64,000 nt of DNA from an uncultured Bdellovibrionales bacterium (GTDB taxonomy: Bacteria > Bdellovibrionota > Bdellovibrionia > Bdellovibrionales > JAEYZS01). Below, piece after piece: positions 13,387-22,529 of this stretch. A program made the translations under genes and the position numbers. Under the pieces are notes generated by a model. It saw only the letters and a list, made by a program, of their open reading frames with translations. It ran no database searches and was not told the origin of the DNA. Position 1 is the first letter of the stretch; each line of letters begins with the position of its first letter. Location: positions 138,766-202,765 of the forward strand of contig CAYXYF010000001.1 of assembly GCA_964469265.1 (NCBI GenBank), written 5' to 3'.

Positions 13387-13581
13387 ATGGGAAAACGAGA
13401 ATATCTGATCTTTTTAGGCCTGGTTTTCGAACTGGTTGGGCTAGTGATTGCCCTTGTTTACGCAGGGTATTATTTAGATAAGAAGATGGGATGGTCTGGA
13501 GTTGGCATTACTGGCGGCGCTGTACTGGCGTTAGTTATCTGGGTTATGCATCTGATGATGGCATTTAGGAACGTGAAGTGA
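13387..13581 (+). CDS. AtpZ/AtpR-like small membrane protein (putative F0F1-ATPase accessory subunit)
   Basis: 64 aa with two TM helices and a G-x-x-LD-K motif (AGYYLDKKMGW). Lies directly upstream of atpI-atpB-atpE. Confidence 0.6.
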   Translation: MGKREYLIFLGLVFELVGLVIALVYAGYYLDKKMGWSGVGITGGAVLALVIWVMHLMMAFRNVK

Positions 13582-13988
13582 TGTTAAAACTCTTATTTGT
13601 GTTACAACTTGCTTTTGGGCTCTTATTTACAGGAATTATCTACTTTGTAGCCGGATCTGTTGCATCGATTTCCTTTCTCACGGGAGCCATTTTTGCGAGT
13701 TTAAATACTCTGTTTTTAGTCTTCATCGTCAGTCGGCTTTTTAGGAAAAAATCAGTTGCCCCAACCTTGATCCTCATTATATTTAAATACACGATTTTTG
13801 GGTTAAGCCTATACTTCCTCGTAACCTCGCAACTTTTAGTCGTTTCGTGGTTCGTCGTTGGTTTAAGTATTTTACTTCCGACGATAATTGGCCTAACAGT
13901 AATGCATATAAAAAAGATTAAGCAGGACGAGAAGCTCCAAAGTAAAATCAATAAGGAAAGAGATAAAACAAGCTATGGTACATTTTAA
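13578..13988 (+). CDS. atpI: ATP synthase protein I (AtpI)-like membrane protein
   Basis: 136 aa with about four TM helices. Its start is translationally coupled (ATGA overlap) and it lies immediately upstream of atpB. Confidence 0.6.
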   Translation: MMLKLLFVLQLAFGLLFTGIIYFVAGSVASISFLTGAIFASLNTLFLVFIVSRLFRKKSVAPTLILIIFKYTIFGLSLYFLVTSQLLVVSWFVVGLSILLPTIIGLTVMHIKKIKQDEKLQSKINKERDKTSYGTF

Positions 13989-14685
13989 TTGGACTCAATT
14001 AATCCCAGGAGTAGGTCATCATTATATTCACGTCGCTACTGCTGCCGTGACGACTCTACTTCTTACTATCTTTAGTCTACTCGCTTACCGCGCATATAAA
14101 AAGAACCCCGACTACACTCCTGCGGATAAATTTTCTATCCGAGCCATCGCAGAAGTCATGACAGAGTTTATTAGCGGCTTGGTAGATACCGTTGTGGGTC
14201 CGCACGGGAAAAAGTATGTTCCGATGTTTGGAGCAATCTTTGTTTATATTCTTATCAATAACTTCATGGGCCTTCTTCCAGGAATGACTCCAGCAACCGA
14301 CAACTTCAATACAACACTTGCCGTAGGGATGTTTACATTTATTGCTTACATGTTGCTTGGAATTAAGGAACATGGCGGTGCTTATATAAAACAATTCACA
14401 GGGCACTTACCTTTAAACCTTTCGCCGATTCTTCTTCTTTTACCGTTGATGTTTGTGATTGAGTTAATTTCTCACGCAGTAAGACCTATGAGTTTGGGTC
14501 TTCGTCTCAGAGGAAACATGGTGGGTGACCATACCGTTTTAGGTATTTTCACAGATCTCGTTCCCGTTGGAGTACCAGTAGTATTCTATCTACTTGGTAT
14601 CTTCGTATGTTTTATTCAGGCATTTGTTTTTACGCTACTTTCAATGGTGTACGTATCCATGGCAGTAGCACACGACGAACACTAA
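13975..14685 (+). CDS. atpB: F0F1 ATP synthase subunit a
   Basis: 236 aa with the conserved Arg helix ...[17 protein letters not shown].... Confidence 0.9.
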   Translation: MVHFNWTQLIPGVGHHYIHVATAAVTTLLLTIFSLLAYRAYKKNPDYTPADKFSIRAIAEVMTEFISGLVDTVVGPHGKKYVPMFGAIFVYILINNFMGLLPGMTPATDNFNTTLAVGMFTFIAYMLLGIKEHGGAYIKQFTGHLPLNLSPILLLLPLMFVIELISHAVRPMSLGLRLRGNMVGDHTVLGIFTDLVPVGVPVVFYLLGIFVCFIQAFVFTLLSMVYVSMAVAHDEH

Positions 14686-14708
14686 TCTTTTCTAAAAGGA
14701 GAATTATA

Positions 14709-15032
14709 ATGAAAAGAATGTTTGCACTTATCGCTCTTATGTTCGCAGCAGTTCCTGCGTTTGCACAGGAAGCTGCTACAGAAGTTGTTAACACAGCTAC
14801 TTCTTCACAAGCTGGCCTTTTAGGTCTTGCGTCTGCTTTAACAATTGCAGTTGCTGCATTTGGTGGAGCTCTTGGACAAGGTAAAGCTGCACAAGCTGCT
14901 CTTGACGGAATTGCGAGAAACCCAGCTGCTCAAGGAAAGCTTTTCGTACCAATGATTATTGGTCTAGCTCTTATTGAGTCTCTTGTTATTTATGCTTTCG
15001 TAATCGCGTTCATGCTTTTAGGTAAGTTCTAA
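14709..15032 (+). CDS. atpE: F0F1 ATP synthase subunit c, with an N-terminal signal-peptide-like extension
   Basis: ATG at 14709 (AGGAG 8 nt upstream). The C-terminal ~72 aa is a canonical c-subunit hairpin ([21 protein letters not shown]...[17 protein letters not shown], carboxylate Glu). The first 19 aa, [19 protein letters not shown], look like a Sec signal peptide. Confidence 0.9.
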   Translation: MKRMFALIALMFAAVPAFAQEAATEVVNTATSSQAGLLGLASALTIAVAAFGGALGQGKAAQAALDGIARNPAAQGKLFVPMIIGLALIESLVIYAFVIAFMLLGKF

Positions 15033-15065
15033 TTATAACTTAAATAGCTAAAAAAAATAGAAAGA

Positions 15066-15093
15066 CCCAAGGCTCAGTACCTTGGGTTTTTTT
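15066..15093 (+). terminator. intrinsic terminator after atpE
   Basis: CCCAAGG-ctcagta-CCTTGGG hairpin followed by T7. Confidence 0.8.
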
Positions 15094-15562
15094 ATAGGCA
15101 CTTTACGTGACGGTACTCGGTTTTTCCCAGTAGCCATAGCGCCCGACGCTTTTCCACGGGACAAACATATTCATAAAGGGTTTCGTACTCTTCTGATGAA
15201 TCTGGGGACTTAATCAAAACATCCTTTGATTTCACCTCTAAAATTGTATGAAAGGTCTGAGTAACTAGTTTCAAGTTTTCTGGGTGAAGCTTTATTACAA
15301 ATCCAAAGCCCCCGCTCAAGCGCGTTGCGAGATCAAGATCGTAATCATCTTCAAGGTGTTTTCTAAGGTAGATGATTACTGCATTATATTTAGACCCAGG
15401 TTTTGCAATAAGTGCGACGTTATTGGTTTCTGAGTCAAAAACCCTTACTGAAACAATCTCAATGACGTGCTCTGAGTTTTCGTCGCTAATTATGACGCTC
15501 CCGAGGGAAGCCGCTCTGGCTTGAAAACAAAACAACATCAGTACTATGAGTTTAATATACAT
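15092..15562 (-). CDS. hypothetical secreted protein
   Basis: 156 aa with signal peptide MYIKLIVLMLFCFQARA and two C-terminal Cys. I recognise no family. Confidence 0.5.
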   Translation of the reverse strand: MYIKLIVLMLFCFQARAASLGSVIISDENSEHVIEIVSVRVFDSETNNVALIAKPGSKYNAVIIYLRKHLEDDYDLDLATRLSGGFGFVIKLHPENLKLVTQTFHTILEVKSKDVLIKSPDSSEEYETLYEYVCPVEKRRALWLLGKTEYRHVKCL

Positions 15563-15635
15563 CCTAACCTCTGGAAGCTTTTTGATCTAATAAGCGTTTA
15601 CTAGAAGTCGGGGCATTTTCCCATTTAAGATTTCG

Positions 15636-18179
15636 TCACATCTTTCCTAAATGTTTCTTGAGATATTGAGCCGTGTAGGATTGTTTATTCTTCATGATGC
15701 TACTAGGATGTCCTTGGGCAATGAGCTCTCCGCCCTTCTCTCCACTCTCGGGTCCAAGATCAAGGATATAATCACTAGATGCGATAATATCGAGGTTGTG
15801 CTCGATAACGACAACGGTGTGTTCTTGCTCAACAAGACGATGCAATAGTTCTATAAGCTTTTTAGTATCTTCAAAATGTAAGCCCGTCGAAGGCTCGTCA
15901 AGAATATATAAAATTTTTCCAGCGCGTCTTTTAGAAAGCTCTTTAGATAATTTTATTCTCTGAGCTTCTCCTCCCGAGAGTGTAATTGAACTTTGCCCTA
16001 ATGTTAGATAGTCAAGACCTACGACATGAAGGATCTCGAGTTTCTGTTTGATGTAAGGTTGTTTATCAAAAAACTCCAAGGCCTCTTGAACGCTCATGTC
16101 CAAGACATCTGCGATGGATTTCCCCTTAAATTTAATATTGAGAGTTTCAGGGTTATAGCGTTTTCCGTTACAAACATCGCATTTGACATAGACGTCGGCC
16201 ATAAAGTGCATTTCGACTTTGATATGTCCGCCGCCTTGGCAAGCCTCACAACGCCCACCTTTGACGTTAAAACTAAATCTCCCAGGCTTATAGCCTCGCA
16301 ATTTTGATTCGGGAAGTTGTGCAAACAGGTCCCGAACTAATGAAAATAGGCCTGTATACGTGGAAGGGTTTGAGCGAGGCGTTCGACCAATTGGTTTTTG
16401 ATTGATCTCTATTACTCCAGAGAACTTCTCGAATCCAGAAATTTTATCAAACGGGCTTGGGCGATAATCTCGAATATAAAACTTATTAGAAAGATATTTA
16501 TAAATAGTATCGATCACAAGCGTACTCTTGCCGCTACCTGATACGCCAGTAACAGAGGTCATAGCTTGTAGCGGAATCTTTGCTGAAATATTTTTAAGGT
16601 TATTTCCAGAGGCGTTCTCTACGCTTAAGAACTCCTTAAATTCTTTTTCTGGACGCAAGTGATAGGCGACCTCTCGTTTAGAAAGATATTTTCCAGTAAG
16701 ACTATGTTTTGATCTTTCAATCTCCTCAGGTGTACCTTCGGCAAGAATCTCTCCGCCGTATTTGCCAGCGCGAGGTCCGATATCAAGAACATGATCAGCC
16801 ATTCGGATTGTATCTTCATCATGCTCAACAATAACAATAGTATTTCCCTTGTCCTTGAGTTCAGTTAAGGCCTTTAAAAGTTCGAATTGATCTCGCGCGT
16901 GGAGGCCAATACTAGGCTCATCAAGAACGTAGAGAACACCCACCAGTGGAGATCCAAGCTGATTTGCGAGTCGGATTCTTTGCGCTTCACCGCCTGAAAG
17001 AGAGCGTGTTGACCGAAACAAATTCAAATGGGATAGGCCCAGACGGAGAAGAAAGCTAATCTTATAATTAATTTTATATATTAGTTTTTGAAGTATCTTC
17101 TCTTCGCGTCCTGAAAGAGTTAAAGAATTTATCCATTCTAAAATATCTTTAAAGTTCATGGCGCTAACTTGATGGATGTTTTTCTCTTCAACGTAAACAG
17201 CAAGGGCCTCTTCTCTTAAACGCGAACCCTCGCAAGTAGGACATGTATCGCCTTCCTCGTAGAGATCTTCTCCGTCATCAATTTCTTCATGAAGATCTTC
17301 AAGATCTGCTTCCTCAAGTGTACCTAGGCCACTGCATGATGGGCAGTATCCACGTGGATCATTAAAGCTAAAAAGCCGTGGTTCTAAATCTGGTGGTGAA
17401 TACTGACAGATTGGGCATGAGGCATCTTTTGAATAAGCCTTGTAGGTTTCATCTGATATGTTTTCAATAGCGACTGCGCCTTTTGCTAATTTCAAGGCAA
17501 CGTTGATGCTTTCTTCTAATCTTTTTTCAAGACCTTCTTTGACGACTAGACGATCAATGACAATATCAATGTTGTGTGTTTTTGTTTTCCGAAGTTTTGG
17601 TGCCTGTTCAAGCTCATAATATTCGCCGTCAATTTTTGCCCGAACAAATCCTTTTTTAAGCCACCCTTCAAATTCTTTCTGAAATTCTCCCTTTTTGTTT
17701 CTTATTACGGGCGCCAAGATATGAATCTTTGTTCCAGCTTTCAGAGATAAGGTTTCTTGAATAAGGCGATCAACGTTGAGCTTATCAAGTTCAATATTAT
17801 GCTCAGGGCAAATTGCCGTTCCAATTTTACTAAACAAGAGTCTGAAATAATCATAGATTTCCGTAATTGTTCCGACGGTAGAGCGTGGAGAAGCAACAGT
17901 TGTCTTTTGTTCGATGGATATGGTGGGCGAAAGACCAACGATGGAATCAAGATCTGGTTTTTTTAGTTGCTCTAAGAATTGGCGCGCAAAGGTTGAAAGA
18001 CCTTCAACATAGCGACGTTGTCCTTCTGCATAGATTGTATCAAATGCAAGAGTCGACTTACCGCTACCGCTTATTCCAGTGATAACCGTAATCTTATTAC
18101 GAGGGATGAACACATTAATATTCTTAAGATTGTGTTCTCGGGCCCCCTTAATAAAAATGCCGTCTCTTTTTTCAACCAT
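15636..18179 (-). CDS. uvrA: excinuclease ABC subunit UvrA (short form, insertion domain missing)
   Basis: 847 aa with two ABC modules (GISGSGKSTL, GVSGSGKSTL; LSGGEAQRI twice) and Cys pairs CPIC, CPSC, CPTC and CEAC..CDVC. The segment between CPSC and CPTC is only ~30 aa. Confidence 0.93.
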   Translation of the reverse strand: MVEKRDGIFIKGAREHNLKNINVFIPRNKITVITGISGSGKSTLAFDTIYAEGQRRYVEGLSTFARQFLEQLKKPDLDSIVGLSPTISIEQKTTVASPRSTVGTITEIYDYFRLLFSKIGTAICPEHNIELDKLNVDRLIQETLSLKAGTKIHILAPVIRNKKGEFQKEFEGWLKKGFVRAKIDGEYYELEQAPKLRKTKTHNIDIVIDRLVVKEGLEKRLEESINVALKLAKGAVAIENISDETYKAYSKDASCPICQYSPPDLEPRLFSFNDPRGYCPSCSGLGTLEEADLEDLHEEIDDGEDLYEEGDTCPTCEGSRLREEALAVYVEEKNIHQVSAMNFKDILEWINSLTLSGREEKILQKLIYKINYKISFLLRLGLSHLNLFRSTRSLSGGEAQRIRLANQLGSPLVGVLYVLDEPSIGLHARDQFELLKALTELKDKGNTIVIVEHDEDTIRMADHVLDIGPRAGKYGGEILAEGTPEEIERSKHSLTGKYLSKREVAYHLRPEKEFKEFLSVENASGNNLKNISAKIPLQAMTSVTGVSGSGKSTLVIDTIYKYLSNKFYIRDYRPSPFDKISGFEKFSGVIEINQKPIGRTPRSNPSTYTGLFSLVRDLFAQLPESKLRGYKPGRFSFNVKGGRCEACQGGGHIKVEMHFMADVYVKCDVCNGKRYNPETLNIKFKGKSIADVLDMSVQEALEFFDKQPYIKQKLEILHVVGLDYLTLGQSSITLSGGEAQRIKLSKELSKRRAGKILYILDEPSTGLHFEDTKKLIELLHRLVEQEHTVVVIEHNLDIIASSDYILDLGPESGEKGGELIAQGHPSSIMKNKQSYTAQYLKKHLGKM

Positions 18180-18196
18180 ATTAATATTTCGCTTTT

Positions 18197-19573
18197 TTAA
18201 AGAAGAGGATTTACTATTTTTTCAATCTCATCTTTAAGTTCTTCAAGACGACCTAACGAGGTCGCTTCAAAGCGCAGTACAACCACTGGCTGGGTGTTTG
18301 AAGCTCTTGCTAAAAACCATGAGTCTTTAAACTGGACTCTAATCCCATCGATCGTAATGACGTCTGCGCTTGGAGTAGAAAGATATTTCTCTTTTATTGT
18401 TTCAACGATTAAATGCTTTTTTTCTTCAGTCGTGTCTATTCTAATTTCTGGCGTGTAAAAAGCTTCAGGTAAGTCTTTAATGAGATCGGAAAACGACCTC
18501 CCTGTTTTTTTAAGGATTTCTATTACTCTTAGGCCCGCATAGGGAGCATCATCATACCCAAAGTTTCTGTCACTAAAGAAAATATGTCCGCTTAGTTCTC
18601 CACCGAACGGCGCTTTTTCTTCTTTGATTTTTTGTTTGATAAGACTATGACCTGTCTTCCACATAATGGGTGTGCCCCCATGTTTTGCAATATCCTCATA
18701 AAGTCTATGAGAACACTTCACATCGCCGACGATTTTATAAGGCTCCCCGCCCTTATGATCTTTTAAGATAGATCGACTGATTAAAACCATAAGCTCATCG
18801 CCTAAAATCATTTTGCCAGTTTCATCGACAACACCAATACGGTCAGCATCTCCGTCAAAACCAATACCAATATCAGCTTTTTGATCCAGAACTGCCTTCT
18901 TCAGTGCGGTTAGATTCTTTTCTACCGTAGGATCAGGGTGATGGTTCGGAAAAGTTCCGTCGGGTTCTTCAAATAGAATTGTAGGTTTTAAGCCACAAGC
19001 CTCATAAAGCCTTCTTGCTATGATCCCTCCAGCGCCATTACCGCAATCTAAGATCACATTTATTCCTGAGAGATCACTAAATTCTTCTTTGTATCGAGCA
19101 ACGTAATCATTAAAAATATCTAAAGACTCAGTTGTACCTTGGCCCGTGATGTAGGAATTGCTTTCAATAATTTTACGCAACTTCTGAATGTCTTCACCAT
19201 AGATAGTGTTTTTACCGAGGGAGATTTTAAAGCCGTTGTACTCTGGCGGGTTGTGGCTTCCTGTCACCATAACGCCACCATCAATATCTTTATAAAAGAA
19301 AGTCGCAAAGTAAGTCATAGGAGAGGTGACAAGCCCAAGACGTTTTACGTTAAAGCCAGAGTCATTGAGTCCTTTTGTTAGCGCCTCAACAAGTTTAGGA
19401 CTAGAGAGCCTGGCATCTTCGCCTACGGCAATAGTTGCATTTGGTTTTTTATTTACCGAGAAGTGAAGGGCGGCGTACGCTCTTCCAAGTGCATAGACAA
19501 AATCCTCATCGTAATGTTCGCCAACCACGCCGCGAACATCGTATTCTCTAAATATAACTGGGTTCATTACCAT
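18197..19573 (-). CDS. phosphomannomutase/phosphoglucomutase (alpha-D-phosphohexomutase family)
   Basis: 458 aa with the active-site loop TGSHNPPEYNGFK and metal loop GFDGDADR. Confidence 0.88.
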   Translation of the reverse strand: MVMNPVIFREYDVRGVVGEHYDEDFVYALGRAYAALHFSVNKKPNATIAVGEDARLSSPKLVEALTKGLNDSGFNVKRLGLVTSPMTYFATFFYKDIDGGVMVTGSHNPPEYNGFKISLGKNTIYGEDIQKLRKIIESNSYITGQGTTESLDIFNDYVARYKEEFSDLSGINVILDCGNGAGGIIARRLYEACGLKPTILFEEPDGTFPNHHPDPTVEKNLTALKKAVLDQKADIGIGFDGDADRIGVVDETGKMILGDELMVLISRSILKDHKGGEPYKIVGDVKCSHRLYEDIAKHGGTPIMWKTGHSLIKQKIKEEKAPFGGELSGHIFFSDRNFGYDDAPYAGLRVIEILKKTGRSFSDLIKDLPEAFYTPEIRIDTTEEKKHLIVETIKEKYLSTPSADVITIDGIRVQFKDSWFLARASNTQPVVVLRFEATSLGRLEELKDEIEKIVNPLL

Positions 19574-19613
19574 TTCTACTTACCTTTGAAAAATTTAGTA
19601 AATTGACGGATTA

Positions 19614-20570
19614 CTATACTAACTTTAGAGCAGTTTGAATAGCGTTAATCATGGATGTGGGGTCGGCTTTGTTTTTACCGAAAAGATCTTTTGCCGTCCC
19701 GTGGTCAACGCTTGTCCGAATGAAGGGCGTATTTAAAGAAATTTGTACTCCATGAAGTTTTTTGTGAAGCATTTTAAAAGGAATTAGTCCTTGATCATGA
19801 TACATGGCAATAAATACACCGTATTTTTGATACTGAGATTCCTGAAATGCGACATCTGGTACGAGGGGCCCATAGACTGGAAAATTGTGTTTCTGGGCTT
19901 CCCTGATTGCTGGAGATATAATCTCTTTATCCTCGTGACCGAGCTGCGGAAGCTCACCAGCGTGGGGGTTGAGCCCAAGCACTCCAATTCTTTGAGCTCT
20001 CCTCGGAAGTTTGAGCATTTTTAAAAAACTCGTAGCGCATGCAAAAATATCAAGTAAAAGGGATTTTGAAATTCTTGAAGGCACATCCCTTATGGAAACA
20101 TGGTCGCTTACCAAGATAACTGAAAAAAGTTTTCCGATAAACGCCATATAAATATTTTGCTCTTGGTTGATTAGCCTTCGCATGATGTCTGTATGACCCT
20201 TATCGCTTAAGCCAGATTTACGTATAAGTTCCTTTGAAAGAGGCGCCGTCACAATCCCATGAATTTTTTCATCAAGAGCAGCCCTTACACCCTCTTCAAA
20301 GCACAGAGCAGGATTAAGAGGCGTGTGTATTTCAATAATCGTATTAGAGCTAAATTTTTCTGATAGAGCTTCTTTAAGGCTTTCAACTGTTGTAACTGAA
20401 AATTTCTTTCTAATCTGCGGAAGATATTTTTTTTCTGATAAAGGATTTCTAAAATATAAAAATTGAATTCCGCGCTTTGGTCCAATCTTATTTAAAGCTT
20501 TTGCTGAGACTTCAAAGCCAATTCCGTCAACATCTCCAGTGGTAATAAGGACACGCTTCTGCTTTGACAT
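19614..20570 (-). CDS. pdxA: 4-hydroxythreonine-4-phosphate dehydrogenase PdxA
   Basis: 318 aa with TTGDVDGIGFEV, LNPHAGE and TSVDHGTA. surA-pdxA synteny as in enterobacteria. Confidence 0.88.
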   Translation of the reverse strand: MSKQKRVLITTGDVDGIGFEVSAKALNKIGPKRGIQFLYFRNPLSEKKYLPQIRKKFSVTTVESLKEALSEKFSSNTIIEIHTPLNPALCFEEGVRAALDEKIHGIVTAPLSKELIRKSGLSDKGHTDIMRRLINQEQNIYMAFIGKLFSVILVSDHVSIRDVPSRISKSLLLDIFACATSFLKMLKLPRRAQRIGVLGLNPHAGELPQLGHEDKEIISPAIREAQKHNFPVYGPLVPDVAFQESQYQKYGVFIAMYHDQGLIPFKMLHKKLHGVQISLNTPFIRTSVDHGTAKDLFGKNKADPTSMINAIQTALKLV

Positions 20571-20571
20571 C

Positions 20572-21516
20572 TTATGAATTTATTTTGATAAATGAACTTA
20601 GTTTGCGCTCTTCGATCCAAAACTTAAACTGCTGCGCAAAAGCCTTTTCGTAAAGAATATTTTGTATTTCATTTTTTTTCGCTTCAAACGCCGGGTCTTT
20701 AATAATCTTCTTAGATACGAGCTTTACGATATGATACCCGAGCCTCGTAGGCACCACACCTGTGTGAGATCCTGCAGAAAGGTTTGCAACTGCTGTTTCA
20801 AGTTCTTTTAAAAACTCCCCACTTTTAAAGTTTCCGAGAAATCCACCGCTAGTAAAGTTGGGATCCTCACTAAACTGCGATGCAAGGTTATCAAAGGATT
20901 CGCCAGCATTTAACTTTGCAAGTACACTTTCTGCTCTCCGTTTTGCCCCTTCTTTGTCGCCACCTTTTGGGAGAAAGAGGATGTGTGCTAGTGAATACTC
21001 ATAGCTTGTGACGGAGCTACCTTTGTAATTGTTCATATAATAATTTTGTATTTCGTCATCTGTGATTCTAATTTTTGAAGAAATCATTTTCTGAATTAAC
21101 GCCTGTCGCTCCAGTCGCTGTTTCATAAAGTGTTGGTATTCTGAAAAAGATATTCCTTCTTTTTTAAGAGCGGCAATCAGCTGTGCCCGAGTCATTTTAT
21201 TGCCGCTCGCAATTTTTGTTATTTCTTGGTCTACTTTTTCAATCGTTACAGAAAGATCATTTCTTTTAACTTCAGACTCAATAAGGCGCTCGTTGATCAT
21301 GTGTTCAACAAGAGCCTTTCTATTTTTGAGTAATTTATCTTTATCTGAGATAAGAAGATCGTCGACGAACTTCCCTTTTTTCAGCTGTGCTTTGTAATTT
21401 GTAATATCTTGTTCTGTGAGAATCTCGTCATTTACAATGGCCACAATGCGATCAACGGTCTCAGCATAGGATGCAATGCCGATGAGTAAAGTGAAGGCTA
21501 GAATAAAGATTTTCAT
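20572..21516 (-). CDS. surA: SurA-like periplasmic chaperone / parvulin peptidyl-prolyl isomerase
   Basis: 314 aa with a signal peptide, a SurA_N-like helical domain and one PpiC rotamase domain (...GGFLGNFKSGEF...GYHIVKL). Confidence 0.7.
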   Translation of the reverse strand: MKIFILAFTLLIGIASYAETVDRIVAIVNDEILTEQDITNYKAQLKKGKFVDDLLISDKDKLLKNRKALVEHMINERLIESEVKRNDLSVTIEKVDQEITKIASGNKMTRAQLIAALKKEGISFSEYQHFMKQRLERQALIQKMISSKIRITDDEIQNYYMNNYKGSSVTSYEYSLAHILFLPKGGDKEGAKRRAESVLAKLNAGESFDNLASQFSEDPNFTSGGFLGNFKSGEFLKELETAVANLSAGSHTGVVPTRLGYHIVKLVSKKIIKDPAFEAKKNEIQNILYEKAFAQQFKFWIEERKLSSFIKINS

Positions 21517-21518
21517 AA

Positions 21519-22505
21519 CTACTCTCCTAGTGGCCTAACCTGAATAGAATTTATGGCCGCATCATTCTTAAGTACTCGTGATAATCGCAATTGCTCTTCA
21601 AGCCAAGCTGTATATATTGCATGTTCCTTATTTCCACGAGCGATTCTGTCAACTTGATCACGGACATCTTCAAATCGTAGAGTCTGCTCAGCCCTTTTCC
21701 CTATGACCTCGAATATATGATATCCATAGGGACTTGTGTGGACGCCACTTCGTTGTCCGACTCGCATATTAAATGCTTTATCAAATACTTCTAATGTACC
21801 TTTTTCAACCCATCCTACATCACCACCACGCTTTGCTTCTGGTGCAACAGAATATTTTTCAGCAAGCTCCGCAAAGTCCATGGACGGAGTAAGATTATGA
21901 TAGAGGCGATTAGCGGCATCTTCGTTGTCAAACACGATCTGTCTGATGCGAACCTGTGGTTTGCGTTTAAAATTATCCTTATGGATATTGTAATAAGATT
22001 TAAGCTCCTCTTCTGTCGGAGGCTGTGTTTTTGCAGCCAAAGAGTGGAAGACTTTCTTTTGCAGTAAGCGACTTTTGATTTGGTCTTGCCAACTGCTCAT
22101 CGAGATTTGCGTTGTGCTTATAGCCTCTTTAAAAGAAGCATCGTCAGGATAATTCTTTCGAATTTTTAGGATCTCTTCTTCAACCTCTTGTTCGGTGACG
22201 CTTACGTCGTTTCGCTCAGCCCACCCAGCAATAAGGGCAGAATGGATAAAGTTTTCAACGATTTTATTTTTTGCAAAATCAACGATGTGGGTGTCTTTTG
22301 CAAGGAGAGTATCGTAGCTTTCAAGATTGCCAGCTAAGCGCTCAGAAAACTCTCTCGCTGTTAACTTGCGCTCATTGACCTGAATCAAAACGGTATCTGC
22401 TAAGGTGTTTCTATTGTGAAGGTCAAAATAGAGCGTAACCCCTACAAAGAGAAGGGCCAAGATTCCTCCCCAGAATAGTATGACAAGGTACTTTTGTTTT
22501 TTCAT
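21519..22505 (-). CDS. PpiC/parvulin-type peptidyl-prolyl isomerase, membrane-anchored (PpiD/PrsA-like)
   Basis: 328 aa with an N-terminal TM and a rotamase domain (...GGDVGWVEKG...GYHIFEV). Confidence 0.7.
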   Translation of the reverse strand: MKKQKYLVILFWGGILALLFVGVTLYFDLHNRNTLADTVLIQVNERKLTAREFSERLAGNLESYDTLLAKDTHIVDFAKNKIVENFIHSALIAGWAERNDVSVTEQEVEEEILKIRKNYPDDASFKEAISTTQISMSSWQDQIKSRLLQKKVFHSLAAKTQPPTEEELKSYYNIHKDNFKRKPQVRIRQIVFDNEDAANRLYHNLTPSMDFAELAEKYSVAPEAKRGGDVGWVEKGTLEVFDKAFNMRVGQRSGVHTSPYGYHIFEVIGKRAEQTLRFEDVRDQVDRIARGNKEHAIYTAWLEEQLRLSRVLKNDAAINSIQVRPLGE

Positions 22506-22529
22506 CGTTTAGTAACTTATGGTTACGAA

